Notes under the pieces: model-generated
Told to the model about the DNA's origin: nothing
Database searches by the model: none
What the model saw: the letters and a program-made list of their open reading frames with translations, nothing else
Assembly (NCBI GenBank): GCA_044866005.1
Contig: JBIOTN010000207.1
Location: 1-29,864 of the forward strand
Source of the DNA: Candidatus Rokuibacteriota bacterium
Lineage (GTDB): Bacteria; Methylomirabilota; Methylomirabilia; Rokubacteriales; DASRDR01
Direction of reading: 5' to 3'
DNA length: 29,864 nt
Position numbers and translations under genes: made by a program
Part shown: in pieces, positions 8,344-17,635 of the stretch
Layout: each line of letters starts with the position of its first letter
Position numbering within the stretch: position 1 is the stretch's first letter

Positions 8344-9408
8344 GTGAGCAGGCAGCGGGCTGCGGCCGCGTCGGCGCCGCTCCGGATCGCACAGGTCGCG
8401 CCGCTCTACGAGGCCGTCCCGCCGCCACGCTACGGCGGAACCGAGCGCATCGTCTCCTACCTCACCGAAGCGCTCGTCCGCGGCGGACACGAGGTCACGC
8501 TCTACGCGTCGGCCGACTCGGAGACCAGCGCCCGCCTCGTGCCGTGCGCGGCGAAGGCGCTGCGCGTCGATCCGCCGTTCGACCCCGTCATCTGCCACTT
8601 CCTCGAGCTCGAGGCCGCCTATCGCGCGGCGGGCGACTTCGACGTCATCCACGCGCACACCGACTACCTGACGCTGCCGTTCGCGCGGGCGGCTGCCACG
8701 CCGACCGTGCTCACGCTCCACGGGCGGCTCGACCTGCCGGACGTGCCCGCGCTCTACGCCCGCTATGCCGACGTTCCGCTGGTCTCCATCAGCGACAGCC
8801 AGCGGCTGCCGCTCGGGGACGCCATGCGGTGGGCGGGCACCGTGCACCACGGGATCCCCGTCGCGTCCTACCCGTTCAGCGCGACGCCCGGCGACTACGT
8901 CGCCTTCGTCGGCCGCGTGTCGCGCGAAAAAGGGCTCGACACCGCGATCCGCGTGGCCCAGGCCGCCGGGGTGCCGCTGCGGATCGGCGCGAAGGTGGAT
9001 CCCGCGGACGCGGCCTACTTCGACGCCGTCATCCGCCCGCTGCTCGCCTCGCCCGGCGTGGACTTCCTCGGCGAGGTGGACGAGGCGACCAAGGTCGAGC
9101 TCCTGGCCCACGCCCGGGCGCTCCTGTTTCCCATCGACTGGCCCGAGCCGTTCGGGCTCGTGATGCTGGAGTCGATGGCGTGCGGCACGCCGGTCATCGC
9201 CCGTCCCTGCGGCGCGGTGCCGGAGGTGATCGTGCACGGCCGGACCGGCTTCGTCGCGGCGGCGGTGGAGGACCTCGTGCGCGCCGTCCAGGCGGTGGAT
9301 GGCCTCGATCGGCGGGCCTGCCGGGCGCACGTCGAAGCCGAGTTCTCCGTCGAGCGGATGGCCGGCCGCTACGAGGCGCTCTACCGGGACGTCGTCGCCG
9401 CCCGGTGA
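8344..9408 (+). CDS. Glycosyltransferase family 4 (GT-B)
   Basis: LRIAQVAPLYEAVPPPRYGGTERIVSYL, GRVSREKG, WPEPFGLVMLESMACGTPV. GGAGG at 8329 supports a GTG start at 8338 or 8344. Confidence 0.93.
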   Translation: MSRQRAAAASAPLRIAQVAPLYEAVPPPRYGGTERIVSYLTEALVRGGHEVTLYASADSETSARLVPCAAKALRVDPPFDPVICHFLELEAAYRAAGDFDVIHAHTDYLTLPFARAAATPTVLTLHGRLDLPDVPALYARYADVPLVSISDSQRLPLGDAMRWAGTVHHGIPVASYPFSATPGDYVAFVGRVSREKGLDTAIRVAQAAGVPLRIGAKVDPADAAYFDAVIRPLLASPGVDFLGEVDEATKVELLAHARALLFPIDWPEPFGLVMLESMACGTPVIARPCGAVPEVIVHGRTGFVAAAVEDLVRAVQAVDGLDRRACRAHVEAEFSVERMAGRYEALYRDVVAAR

Positions 9409-9430
9409 GCCGGGGCCGGGCAGGGCGACC

Positions 9431-11599
9431 ATGACCGAGCGGCACGGCCCGACCGACGACCAGTACTACATCCGCGCGGCCGGGATCACGGCCAGCCTCC
9501 CGAAGACCGTCATCAAGCACGGGGACGCCTTCCTGGTGGCGGACCCGTGGGGCGACTTCTCCCTCGCCTTCCAGGGCGAGCTCGGCTTCTTCGTCGGCGG
9601 CACGCGCTTCCTGCACTTTCTCGAGCTGCGCCTCTCGCGCCAGCGGCCGCTGGTGCTGGGCAACGCCATCTCGGAGGACAACCTGCAGGTCGCGGTGGAC
9701 CTGACGAACCCCGACATGAGCGACGCGCACGGCGAGCTGCCCCGCAACGGGCTCTACATCCAGCGGCTCATCACGCTGCACGAGCGCCAGCTCTTCCAGA
9801 CGTTCACCGTGACGAGCTACCTCGAGGCCCCGGTGGAGGTGCCGCTCGAGCTCCGCTACGGCGCCGACTACGCCGACATCTTCGAGGTCCGCGGCACGGC
9901 GCGCCCGGAGCGGGGCAAGGCGCAGCCGCCGGAGGTCGGGACGCAGATGGTCTGCCTCCGGTACCTGGGCCGGGACGGCCTCGCCCGGCGCACCGAGCTC
10001 GCCTTCAGCGCGGCGCCCGACCTCCTCGACGCCGAGCTCGCCGTCGTGCGGCTGCGACTGCTCCCGCACCGGCCGATCCGGCTCACCCTCACCGTCACGG
10101 CCGACGTCGAGGGCGATCGCGGCCCGGTCCTCTACGCGGTCGGGGACGCGCTCCGACGCTTGCGCGACGAGGACGACGGGCGGCGGCGCGCCATGGCGCA
10201 CGTCGCGACGAGCAACGCGCAGTTCAACGCCCTCCTGGCGCGGGCCGCGGCGGACCTTCGCATGCTGCAGACCGAGACGCCGGACGGGCCCGTTCCGTAT
10301 GCCGGCATCCCCTGGTTCGCCGCGGTGTTCGGCCGCGACAGCGCCATCAGCTCGCTCCAGATCCTGCCCTACACCTCCCGGATGGCCGCGAGCACGCTCC
10401 GCTTCCTCGCGCGCCATCAGGCGACGCGGGACGACCCGTTCCTCGACGCCGAGACGGGCAAGATCCTGCACGAGTACCGGACGGGGGAAATGGCGAACTG
10501 CCGCGAGATCCCGTTCATCCCCTACTACGGGAGCGTGGACGCCACCCCGCTCTTCCTCATCCTGCTGGCCGAGTACGTCCGCTGGACCGGGGACCTGGCC
10601 CTCGCCCGGACCCTCTGGCCGGCGGCCGAGCGGGCCCTCGCCTGGATGGACGGGCCGGGAGATCCCGACCAGGACGGTTACCTCGAGTACCGGCGCCGCT
10701 CCCCGCAGGGCCTGGCCAACCAGGGCTGGAAGGATTCCTGGGACGCCGTGGTCCACGCCTCGGGGGACCTCGCGGCCCCGCCCATCGCCCTGGCGGAGGT
10801 CCAGGGCTACCAGTACGCCGCCCGGCTCGGCGTGGCGTACCTGGCGGATGCCCTCGGCGTGCCCGACCGCGCCGTGGCCTGCCGCGAGCGTGCCGAGCGG
10901 CTGCGCCAGCGGTTCGCCCGGGACTTCTGGCTGGCGGAGGACGGCACCTACGCCCTGGCGCTCGACGGGGCGAAGCGCCGCTGCGGGGTCGTGGCCTCCA
11001 ACGCGGGCCACTGCCTCTGGACGGGGATCGCGCTCGCCGAGCAGGCCGCGGGCGTCGCGAAGCGGCTGATGATGGAGGACATGTTCACGGGCTGGGGGAT
11101 CCGCACGCTGTCCAGCCGCGAGGTCCGCTACAACCCCATGAGCTACCACAACGGCTCGGTCTGGCCTCACGACAACGCCATCGCCGCCGCCGGCTTCCGC
11201 CGGTACGGCTTGACCGACCCGGTCCTCGCGGTCGCCACGGGCCTCTTCGAGGCCGGCCGGGAGTTCGAGCACGCGCGGCTGCCCGAGCTCTTCTGCGGCT
11301 TCCCGCGGCAGGCCCGGCTCGGCGTCACCCGCTACCCCGTGGCGTGCTCCCCCCAGGCCTGGGCGGCCGGGGCGCCGTTTCAGGTCCTGGCCGCCTGTCT
11401 CGGGTTGGCGGGAGAGCCCCTGGAGAACCGCGTCACGCTCCACAACCCCGTCCTGCCCCCCTGGCTCGAGTGGCTGGAGATCCACGGGCTCGAGCTCGGG
11501 CGGTCGAGCGTGGACCTCCGCGTCGTGCAGGGACGCGAGGCCGCGAGCGTCGAGCTGATCGGGCGCCGCGGCGACATCGAGCTGGTCGTTCGCCGCTGA
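9431..11599 (+). CDS. Amylo-alpha-1,6-glucosidase / glycogen-debranching-like (alpha/alpha)6 glycoside hydrolase
   Basis: YAGIPWF..FGRDS, GKILHE, YYGSVDATPLF, NQGWKDSWD, YHNGSVWPHD, RLPELFCG, CSPQAWAAG. Confidence 0.93.
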   Translation: MTERHGPTDDQYYIRAAGITASLPKTVIKHGDAFLVADPWGDFSLAFQGELGFFVGGTRFLHFLELRLSRQRPLVLGNAISEDNLQVAVDLTNPDMSDAHGELPRNGLYIQRLITLHERQLFQTFTVTSYLEAPVEVPLELRYGADYADIFEVRGTARPERGKAQPPEVGTQMVCLRYLGRDGLARRTELAFSAAPDLLDAELAVVRLRLLPHRPIRLTLTVTADVEGDRGPVLYAVGDALRRLRDEDDGRRRAMAHVATSNAQFNALLARAAADLRMLQTETPDGPVPYAGIPWFAAVFGRDSAISSLQILPYTSRMAASTLRFLARHQATRDDPFLDAETGKILHEYRTGEMANCREIPFIPYYGSVDATPLFLILLAEYVRWTGDLALARTLWPAAERALAWMDGPGDPDQDGYLEYRRRSPQGLANQGWKDSWDAVVHASGDLAAPPIALAEVQGYQYAARLGVAYLADALGVPDRAVACRERAERLRQRFARDFWLAEDGTYALALDGAKRRCGVVASNAGHCLWTGIALAEQAAGVAKRLMMEDMFTGWGIRTLSSREVRYNPMSYHNGSVWPHDNAIAAAGFRRYGLTDPVLAVATGLFEAGREFEHARLPELFCGFPRQARLGVTRYPVACSPQAWAAGAPFQVLAACLGLAGEPLENRVTLHNPVLPPWLEWLEIHGLELGRSSVDLRVVQGREAASVELIGRRGDIELVVRR

Positions 11600-11901
11600 G
11601 CCCGTCGCGCCCGGCCCCTGGGGTTTTCCCCGCGTTCCGGGGGCACATGCCCGCGCGCGAGCCGCGGCCGGTTCCCATCGAGCGCCTCCCATCCCGCGCC
11701 CATGCGAAAGAATTGCGCGCGCGCGAGGGCGGTTTTCCGACAGGCCAACACCGCCTTCGGCATTTTTGACACCCGCCCGCGGACACATCCAGGCTTCGGC
11801 CGGCTCTCGCGCGGCTCGCGTGACGCCGTTGACGACGCTGTGCCGCGTTTTCTACGCAGTTTTTGACTGGTGGCAAGACAGCGTGCAAATTCCGCGGCCT
11901 G

Positions 11902-11917
11902 CGGCATCTGGTTTGCT
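11902..11917 (+). promoter_or_regulatory. sigma54 promoter candidate upstream of the sigma54 activator gene
   Basis: CGGCAT-CTGGT-TTGCT, GG-N10-GC. Confidence 0.65.
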
Positions 11918-12072
11918 ACCGAACGGGGCGTGTGGAGTAACGAAGCCCGGCCGGTAATCGTTGCACGGCCTCATCTCTGCCAAGGGCCAGGGCTTCTCGA
12001 CGGGGTCCTCGACACGCCGGCGGGCCTGCATCTCCGACCCGGCCCGCCCGCCGCGCGTGAGGAGAAGAAGGA

Positions 12073-13635
12073 ATGCGAGAGCGACGCCGCAAGATCCTGA
12101 TCGCGGACGACGAAGCCACCTGCCGCGAGTCCCTCTGTGAGCTCCTGAAGAGCGAGGGCTACTTCCCGATCGGCGTGCAGGACGGGTACGAGGCGCTCAG
12201 CCACCTGCAGGCCGCCCCCATCCCCCTGCTGATCGCGGACCTCAAGATGCCGCGGCTCGGCGGGCTCGAGCTGGCCGAGGAGATCGAGAGCCGGCGCCTG
12301 CCGACCTCGGTGGTCCTGCTGACCGGCCACGGCTCGGTCGAGACGGCCGTGGAGGCGATGAAGCGCGGCGCCTACGACTACCTCACCAAGCCCGTGGATC
12401 CTCAGCGCCTGCTCCTCATGATCCCCAAGGCGATCGAGGCGCAGCGCACGCGCGAGGCGCTGCAGGCCCTCCGCTCGCCGGACGGCAGCGCGACCCGGCT
12501 CAAGCGCATGATCGGCGCGAGCCCGGCCATGAAGGAGGTCTTCGCCTTCGTCGAGGCGGTGGCCGGCTCCAACGCCAACATCCTGATCCTGGGGGAAAGC
12601 GGGACGGGCAAGGAGCTGGTCGCCCGGGCGATCCACGACCTGTCCCCGCGGGCCTCGCAGCGCTACGTGTCGGTGAACAGCGCCGCCCTGCCCCCGGACC
12701 TCCTGGAGAACGAGTTGTTCGGACACGAGCGGGGCGCCTTCACCGGGGCCATCATCCGGAAGGAGGGCTGCTTCGAGCTGGCGCACCGCGGCACGCTCTT
12801 CCTCGACGAGGTCGCCGACATGTCACTGGCGACGCAGGCCAAGCTCCTGCGCGTGCTGGAGGGACACCCCTACCGCCGCCTGGGCGGGACCCAGGAGATC
12901 ACGGTCGACGCCCGGGTCATCTCGGCGACGAACCAGAACGTCGACAAGCTGCTCGAGGACGGGCTCGTCCGGAGCGACCTCTACTTCCGGCTGAGCCCGG
13001 TCGTCGTCCACCTCCCGCCGCTTCGCGAGCGGGTGGAGGACATCCCGCTCCTCGTGCGCGAGTTCCTGACCGAGTTCACGGGCAAGAACATGAAGCAGGT
13101 GGAGGACGTTTCCTCGGCGGCGATGGAGCTGCTCATCCGGTACCCGTGGCCGGGCAACGTCCGGGAGCTGCGGAACGCGATGGAGCACGCGGTCATCCTC
13201 ACGCCCGCCGGCACCATCCTCCCCGAGCACCTCCCGCTCCACCTGCGCGAGCCTCGCCGCACGCAGAACCGCGGCGGCCTCTACCTCTGTAGCCTCGACG
13301 AGATGGAGCGTCGGCTCATCCAGGAGGCGCTCACCCGCTTCCCCACCAAGACGCGGGCGGCCGAGGTGCTGGGCATCAGTCTGCGGACGCTCTACAACAA
13401 GCTGCACCGCTACGGCCTCACGGGGGTCGCGGCGCGGGCGGCGGGCGGCGGCGGAAACGGCGCCAGGGCGGTGTGGCCCGTGCCGACGCGGGTAGGCAAC
13501 GGCAACGGCGACACCGACACGCCCGACCGCCCCTGGGAGCGCCAGGGTCTCCCCGCGCTCGCCGAGCCGGCCTGGGACGAGCCGCTCGCCGGCAGCTTGG
13601 GGCCGGTCCGCCAGTCGCAGCGTCCCGCGGCGTGA
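12073..13635 (+). CDS. NtrC-family sigma54-dependent response regulator (receiver, AAA+, Fis HTH)
   Basis: ILIADD...ADLKMP receiver; GESGTGKE Walker [44 protein letters not shown]. Confidence 0.97.
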   Translation: MRERRRKILIADDEATCRESLCELLKSEGYFPIGVQDGYEALSHLQAAPIPLLIADLKMPRLGGLELAEEIESRRLPTSVVLLTGHGSVETAVEAMKRGAYDYLTKPVDPQRLLLMIPKAIEAQRTREALQALRSPDGSATRLKRMIGASPAMKEVFAFVEAVAGSNANILILGESGTGKELVARAIHDLSPRASQRYVSVNSAALPPDLLENELFGHERGAFTGAIIRKEGCFELAHRGTLFLDEVADMSLATQAKLLRVLEGHPYRRLGGTQEITVDARVISATNQNVDKLLEDGLVRSDLYFRLSPVVVHLPPLRERVEDIPLLVREFLTEFTGKNMKQVEDVSSAAMELLIRYPWPGNVRELRNAMEHAVILTPAGTILPEHLPLHLREPRRTQNRGGLYLCSLDEMERRLIQEALTRFPTKTRAAEVLGISLRTLYNKLHRYGLTGVAARAAGGGGNGARAVWPVPTRVGNGNGDTDTPDRPWERQGLPALAEPAWDEPLAGSLGPVRQSQRPAA

Positions 13636-13640
13636 GCCAT

Positions 13641-13672
13641 CGGGGGGGCGTCCCGGGCCCCCCCGATGCCCC
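13641..13672. repeat. Post-stop palindromic element CGGGGGGG-N9-CCCCCCCGATGCCCC, copy 2
   Basis: Starts 5 nt after the TGA at 13635; same arms and tail as the 7978 copy. Confidence 0.65.
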
Positions 13673-13740
13673 TTACCCCTTCGGCTGAGACACCGGCCCC
13701 CGGTGTCGACCGGCGCGCCGCCGCGCGAGGAGGATCTGCC

Positions 13741-14637
13741 GTGAGTGCGTCAGCGGGCGTGGTTCGCGCTCTGCCGCCGTCGGTCCGCCGCCGGCTGAGG
13801 CGGCTCTTCCCGTATCAGCCGTGGAAGCCGCCCGCCGCGGACGGCGCGCTCTCCCGGCTCCGGAACGGCGCCACCCAGTTCCTCGTGGACGGCCTCTGCC
13901 AGTCCTCGGAATGGGCGCTCCGGCAGCGGCTCACCTGGGGCGGCGGGGTCTTTCCGCCGCGGCCGCCCCGGCGGCTCTGGATCAACACGACGCTCAAGTC
14001 GCCCGCCGAGGTGACGGCGGCGATCGCCGAGGTCCGGGCCTGCGGCCTCCCGCCGAACGGCGATGCCCCGAAGAACTGGGACGCGATCACCGCCCTCGGG
14101 CTCGTCCTCCGCCGCACCTCACCCGCCGCCCGGGTCCTCGACGCGGGCGCGCCGCTCTACTCCGTCGTGCTGCCCTGGCTCTACATGTTCGGCTACACGC
14201 GGCTCTGGGGCATCGACCTCACCTTCGACCGACCGCTTCGCCGGGGCCCCATCCGCTACGAGCGGGGCGACCTCACCCGCACCCGCTTCCCCGACCAGAG
14301 CTTCGACGCAGTGACCTGCCTGTCCGTCATCGAGCACGGGGTCCCGGTGGAACCCTACCTGGCGGAGATGGCGCGGCTGCTCCGCCCCGGCGGCCTGCTC
14401 GTCACCTCGACCGACTACTGGGTGGATCCCGTGGACACGCGGGGGCAGGCGGCCTTCGGGGTCCCGATCAAGGTCTTCTCGCGGAAGGCGATGGAAGCCT
14501 TCCTGGACGCCGCGGCCCTCCGCGGCTTCCGGCCCATCCAGCCGGTCGACCTCGAGTGCGGCGAGAAGGTGGTCCGGTGGGAGCCCTACGGCCTCGAGTA
14601 CACGTTCGTCACCGTGGCGCTCGAGCGGGCGGGGTGA
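13741..14637 (+). CDS. Class I SAM-dependent methyltransferase
   Basis: AGGAGG then GTG at 13741; VLDAGA, GIDL, GDL..T.FPDQSFDAVTCLSVIEH, LLRPGG. Confidence 0.9.
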   Translation: MSASAGVVRALPPSVRRRLRRLFPYQPWKPPAADGALSRLRNGATQFLVDGLCQSSEWALRQRLTWGGGVFPPRPPRRLWINTTLKSPAEVTAAIAEVRACGLPPNGDAPKNWDAITALGLVLRRTSPAARVLDAGAPLYSVVLPWLYMFGYTRLWGIDLTFDRPLRRGPIRYERGDLTRTRFPDQSFDAVTCLSVIEHGVPVEPYLAEMARLLRPGGLLVTSTDYWVDPVDTRGQAAFGVPIKVFSRKAMEAFLDAAALRGFRPIQPVDLECGEKVVRWEPYGLEYTFVTVALERAG

Positions 14638-14643
14638 AGCGCG

Positions 14644-14680
14644 GCAGGCCGGGGACCCCTTGTGGGGATCCCCGGCCTGC
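14644..14680. terminator. Long GC hairpin between convergent genes, possible bidirectional terminator
   Basis: GCAGGCCGGGGACCCC-TTGT-GGGG(A)TCCCCGGCCTGC, 16-bp stem with one bulge; no U tract. Confidence 0.5.
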
Positions 14681-14722
14681 GCCTTCCGAGGCGGCCCGAG
14701 GCCTACCGGGCCGGGTCGAGGG

Positions 14723-16960
14723 TTACTGGATCGAGACCGTGGCGGCCTGGTTGTTCCACTGGTAGAGCGTGGCCCAGTTACCGCTGAAGATCCCGACCTT
14801 CACCGTGTAGGTGCCGGTCGCGAGGCTGGTCGGCACTTTCCACTTCCAGGTGAACGACCGGGACTGCCCGGCCGTGAAGCTCTGGCCGCTGAGGACCTGT
14901 TGCCCGACCCGCGCACCGCTCCCGTTGAAGACCTCCACGTCCACGATGATCCCGGAGGCGGCCGCGCTGGCCGTCGCGCTGGTCGTGACGCTCAGCCGCT
15001 GGCCGCGGCTGACCGGGTTCGGTGTGGCGGTCGTCGTGCCGGCGGTGAAGCTCAGGGCGACCGGGGTGTCGACCGCGAACGTCGCGGCCTGGTTCGCCCA
15101 CGCGTAGAGCTTGCTCCAGTTGGTGCTGAAGACGCCCACCTTGACCGTGTGCGTGCCGGTCGCCTCGCCAGCCGGGACGAGCCAGTTCCAGGTGAACGAC
15201 CGGGACTGCCCGGCCGTGAAGCTCTGCCCGCTGAGGACCTGTTGCCCGACCCGGGTGCCGGCCGCGTTGAAGAGCTCGAGGTCCACGATGATCCCCGAGG
15301 CGGCGGCCGCTGACGTCACGTTCGTGGTCACGGCGACGGTCCCGCCGCGCGTGGCCGGATTCGGCGTCGCGGTCGTGCTGCCGATGGTGAAGGCCGCGGT
15401 GGGAGCCGGCGCCGTCACGGTGAGGGTCGCCGCCGCGTTGGCGACGGCATACGTGGTGGCGCGAGTGCTGTCGGAGACGCTGACCTTCACGGTATAGGTC
15501 CCGGCCGCCTGCGTGGACGGCACCGCCCAGGTCCAGCTGTACGGGCTGGTCTGGTTCGCCGCGAACGTCTGCGCGGTGAAGCTGCCGCGCGCGACCTGCG
15601 CCCCGCTACTGTCGAGGACGTCCAGGTCGACGACGATCCCCGAGGCGGCGCTTCCGGCGGTCAGGCTCGTGGCGACCGAGACCGACTGGCCCGCCGCGAC
15701 GGAGCTCGGCGTGGCGCTGGTCGTGCCGATCGTGAACGTCGGGGCTTCGCCTCCGCCTCCTCCACCGCTCCCGCCGCTGGCGGCGTTCGCCAGGCCCGCG
15801 TAGTTCTTCATGAGGTCGGACACGGCGGTGATGGGCGGATAGGCGGTGGAGACGCCGCTGTAGGCCCCGCAGACCTGGCAGATGATCTGCCAGATCAGCG
15901 CGCCGTCGCCCTGCTCGGCCTCGAACGTCTTGAGCCAGCCTTCGTAGACGGACGCCGGGCTGTTCACGTACCCGAACTCGCCGAGCACGAGCGGCTTGCC
16001 GAGCTGTCGGGCGATCTTGATGTGATCGGCGACCCAGTTGCTGCCCGCCGTCGTCCCGAAGTTCCAGGCGTCCGGGTAGAGGTGGATCGAGGCGAAGTCG
16101 ATGTTGGGATCGGCGGTGTTCGCGGTGAAGGAGACGCCGACGCCGCCGTCGAAGAGCCAGCCCTGGTTGTTGTACGTCGAGATCGGGGTGTAGCCGGCCG
16201 ACGTCGTGTCGAAGCCCTCCTCGCCGGTCGTGACCATGTGCGCGGGGTCGATGGACTTGATGTACGCGGCCATCGTGGCGACCCACTGGGTCAGGATCGT
16301 GCCGGTCCGGTCTCCCGAGCGCGGCTCGTTCGCGAGCTCCCAGGCGAAGACCGTGGGGTCGTCCTTGTAGCGGCGCCCGTTGAGCGTGTTGACCCGGTTG
16401 AGCATGTGGCTCACGTAGTTCTTGTAGAGCTGCTGGCAGGTCGCGTTCGTGTAGAAGGCGTCCCGGCTCGAGCCCGGCGCGCACCACGACACGTACTGCG
16501 GCATCCCGCCGTAGTCGCCCCAGTAGTTGACCAGGGTGACGATCAGCCGCACGCCGGCCGTGTCCGCCTTGGCCAGGACGTAGTCCAGCGCCTGGAAGGC
16601 GGCCTCGTTGTAGACGCCGCCGGAGGGCTGGAGCGCCGCGCCGGCGGAAGGCCCGTCCAGGAAGCCCCACGTGCGCATGACCGTGAAGCCGAGGGCGTTG
16701 GCGACCGACATCATCTGGTCGGTGTGCGCCGTGGAGCCATCGGTCGCCGCGTCCACCAGGAAGTAGGCGTTGGTGCCGACGAAGCGGAACGGCGCGCCGT
16801 TGACGACGAACCCCCCGCCCTGCGCGGTGACGATCCCGCTGTTGGCGCCCTCGGCCGGCTGGGGTACGGGGCTGAGTCCGAGCGCGACGAGCACCGCGAG
16901 CGCGGCGCCGGCCCGTCGGAGCAGGTGTCGAAGCGAAGTCGAGCGACGAACCGAAGCCAT
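14723..16960 (-). CDS. Secreted GH5 glycoside hydrolase (beta-mannanase-like) with three tandem C-terminal beta-rich domains
   Basis: Signal peptide ending AEG-A; GTNAY, RTWGF, NYWGDYGGM, WELANEPR (acid/base), HLYP, LGEFG (nucleophile); Gly linker; three repeats of about 114 aa. Confidence 0.92.
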   Translation of the reverse strand: MASVRRSTSLRHLLRRAGAALAVLVALGLSPVPQPAEGANSGIVTAQGGGFVVNGAPFRFVGTNAYFLVDAATDGSTAHTDQMMSVANALGFTVMRTWGFLDGPSAGAALQPSGGVYNEAAFQALDYVLAKADTAGVRLIVTLVNYWGDYGGMPQYVSWCAPGSSRDAFYTNATCQQLYKNYVSHMLNRVNTLNGRRYKDDPTVFAWELANEPRSGDRTGTILTQWVATMAAYIKSIDPAHMVTTGEEGFDTTSAGYTPISTYNNQGWLFDGGVGVSFTANTADPNIDFASIHLYPDAWNFGTTAGSNWVADHIKIARQLGKPLVLGEFGYVNSPASVYEGWLKTFEAEQGDGALIWQIICQVCGAYSGVSTAYPPITAVSDLMKNYAGLANAASGGSGGGGGGEAPTFTIGTTSATPSSVAAGQSVSVATSLTAGSAASGIVVDLDVLDSSGAQVARGSFTAQTFAANQTSPYSWTWAVPSTQAAGTYTVKVSVSDSTRATTYAVANAAATLTVTAPAPTAAFTIGSTTATPNPATRGGTVAVTTNVTSAAAASGIIVDLELFNAAGTRVGQQVLSGQSFTAGQSRSFTWNWLVPAGEATGTHTVKVGVFSTNWSKLYAWANQAATFAVDTPVALSFTAGTTTATPNPVSRGQRLSVTTSATASAAASGIIVDVEVFNGSGARVGQQVLSGQSFTAGQSRSFTWKWKVPTSLATGTYTVKVGIFSGNWATLYQWNNQAATVSIQ

Positions 16961-17478
16961 CGTCCCTCCCTGGCGGAACGCCCCTGGCCTCGCGTCTCCG
17001 GCTCGGTGCCTGCCCGAGCCTGCTCGGCGCGGCCGACGCGAAGGGCGCGGTGCGCCCGGCGCGTCCAGGGCCTTCCTTTATGGTTCGGTGCCTAGAGAAG
17101 CTACTCTAGGTAGCTCTGCCTAGACGCGAACTTTCTCGCGTCGAAGCAGCGCGAGGGAGGGGCAGGATGCGTGCCACGCCCGCCCTGTGGGGGGGTCGGG
17201 CGGGAGTAGGCAGGGAAAACGCGGCCTTCGCCGACAGCCTCGGTCCGAGGGGCGCCGGCCGGCCGAATCCGGCTCGGGTCGGGCCACCCGAACCCCTGGC
17301 CCGGGGTGCCGAGCCGGGTCGCGAGCCGTCCCATCTGAGACGGACCATGAAAAGACTTCACGCTCGGCGACAGCTTGGCGCACCTCTGGCGTCGTCGGCC
17401 GGCGGGGGCCGCGCGTGGCGCACGGCCGTGCTCGTTCCGCGATCGGGATTTGCGGACCGCTCCGCCGCCAGCCGTTGC

Positions 17479-17494
17479 TGGCGAGCGGCTTGCT
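17479..17494 (+). promoter_or_regulatory. Weaker sigma54 promoter candidate
   Basis: TGGCGA-GCGGC-TTGCT, GG-N10-GC. Confidence 0.4.
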
Positions 17495-17579
17495 GCACCG
17501 AGGGATTGGCTCCCGTCACGAGCCGGGGGCCGCGGAGGGGGCGATCCGTGCCGGCGAGCCGCGCCGCTCACGTCGATGC

Positions 17580-17595
17580 CGGCACTCGGGTTGCA
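17580..17595 (+). promoter_or_regulatory. sigma54 promoter candidate upstream of the GNAT gene
   Basis: CGGCAC-TCGGG-TTGCA, GG-N10-GC, 40 nt before the ATG at 17636. Confidence 0.75.
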
Positions 17596-17635
17596 TTCGA
17601 GAGGTCGCAACGGCTCCGTGAGACTCAGCGAGGGG

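Noticed and set aside
11766..11795. TTGACA as a sigma70 -35 box
   Set aside because: No convincing -10 box at 16-18 nt.
11871..11887. TGGCAAGACAGCGTGCA as a sigma54 promoter (similar cases near 17417 and 22440)
   Set aside because: GG-to-GC spacing is 11 nt, not the required 10.
17150..17400. Known riboswitch or ncRNA in the GH5-GNAT intergenic region
   Set aside because: GC hairpins are present but I recognise no family consensus; an Rfam search is needed.
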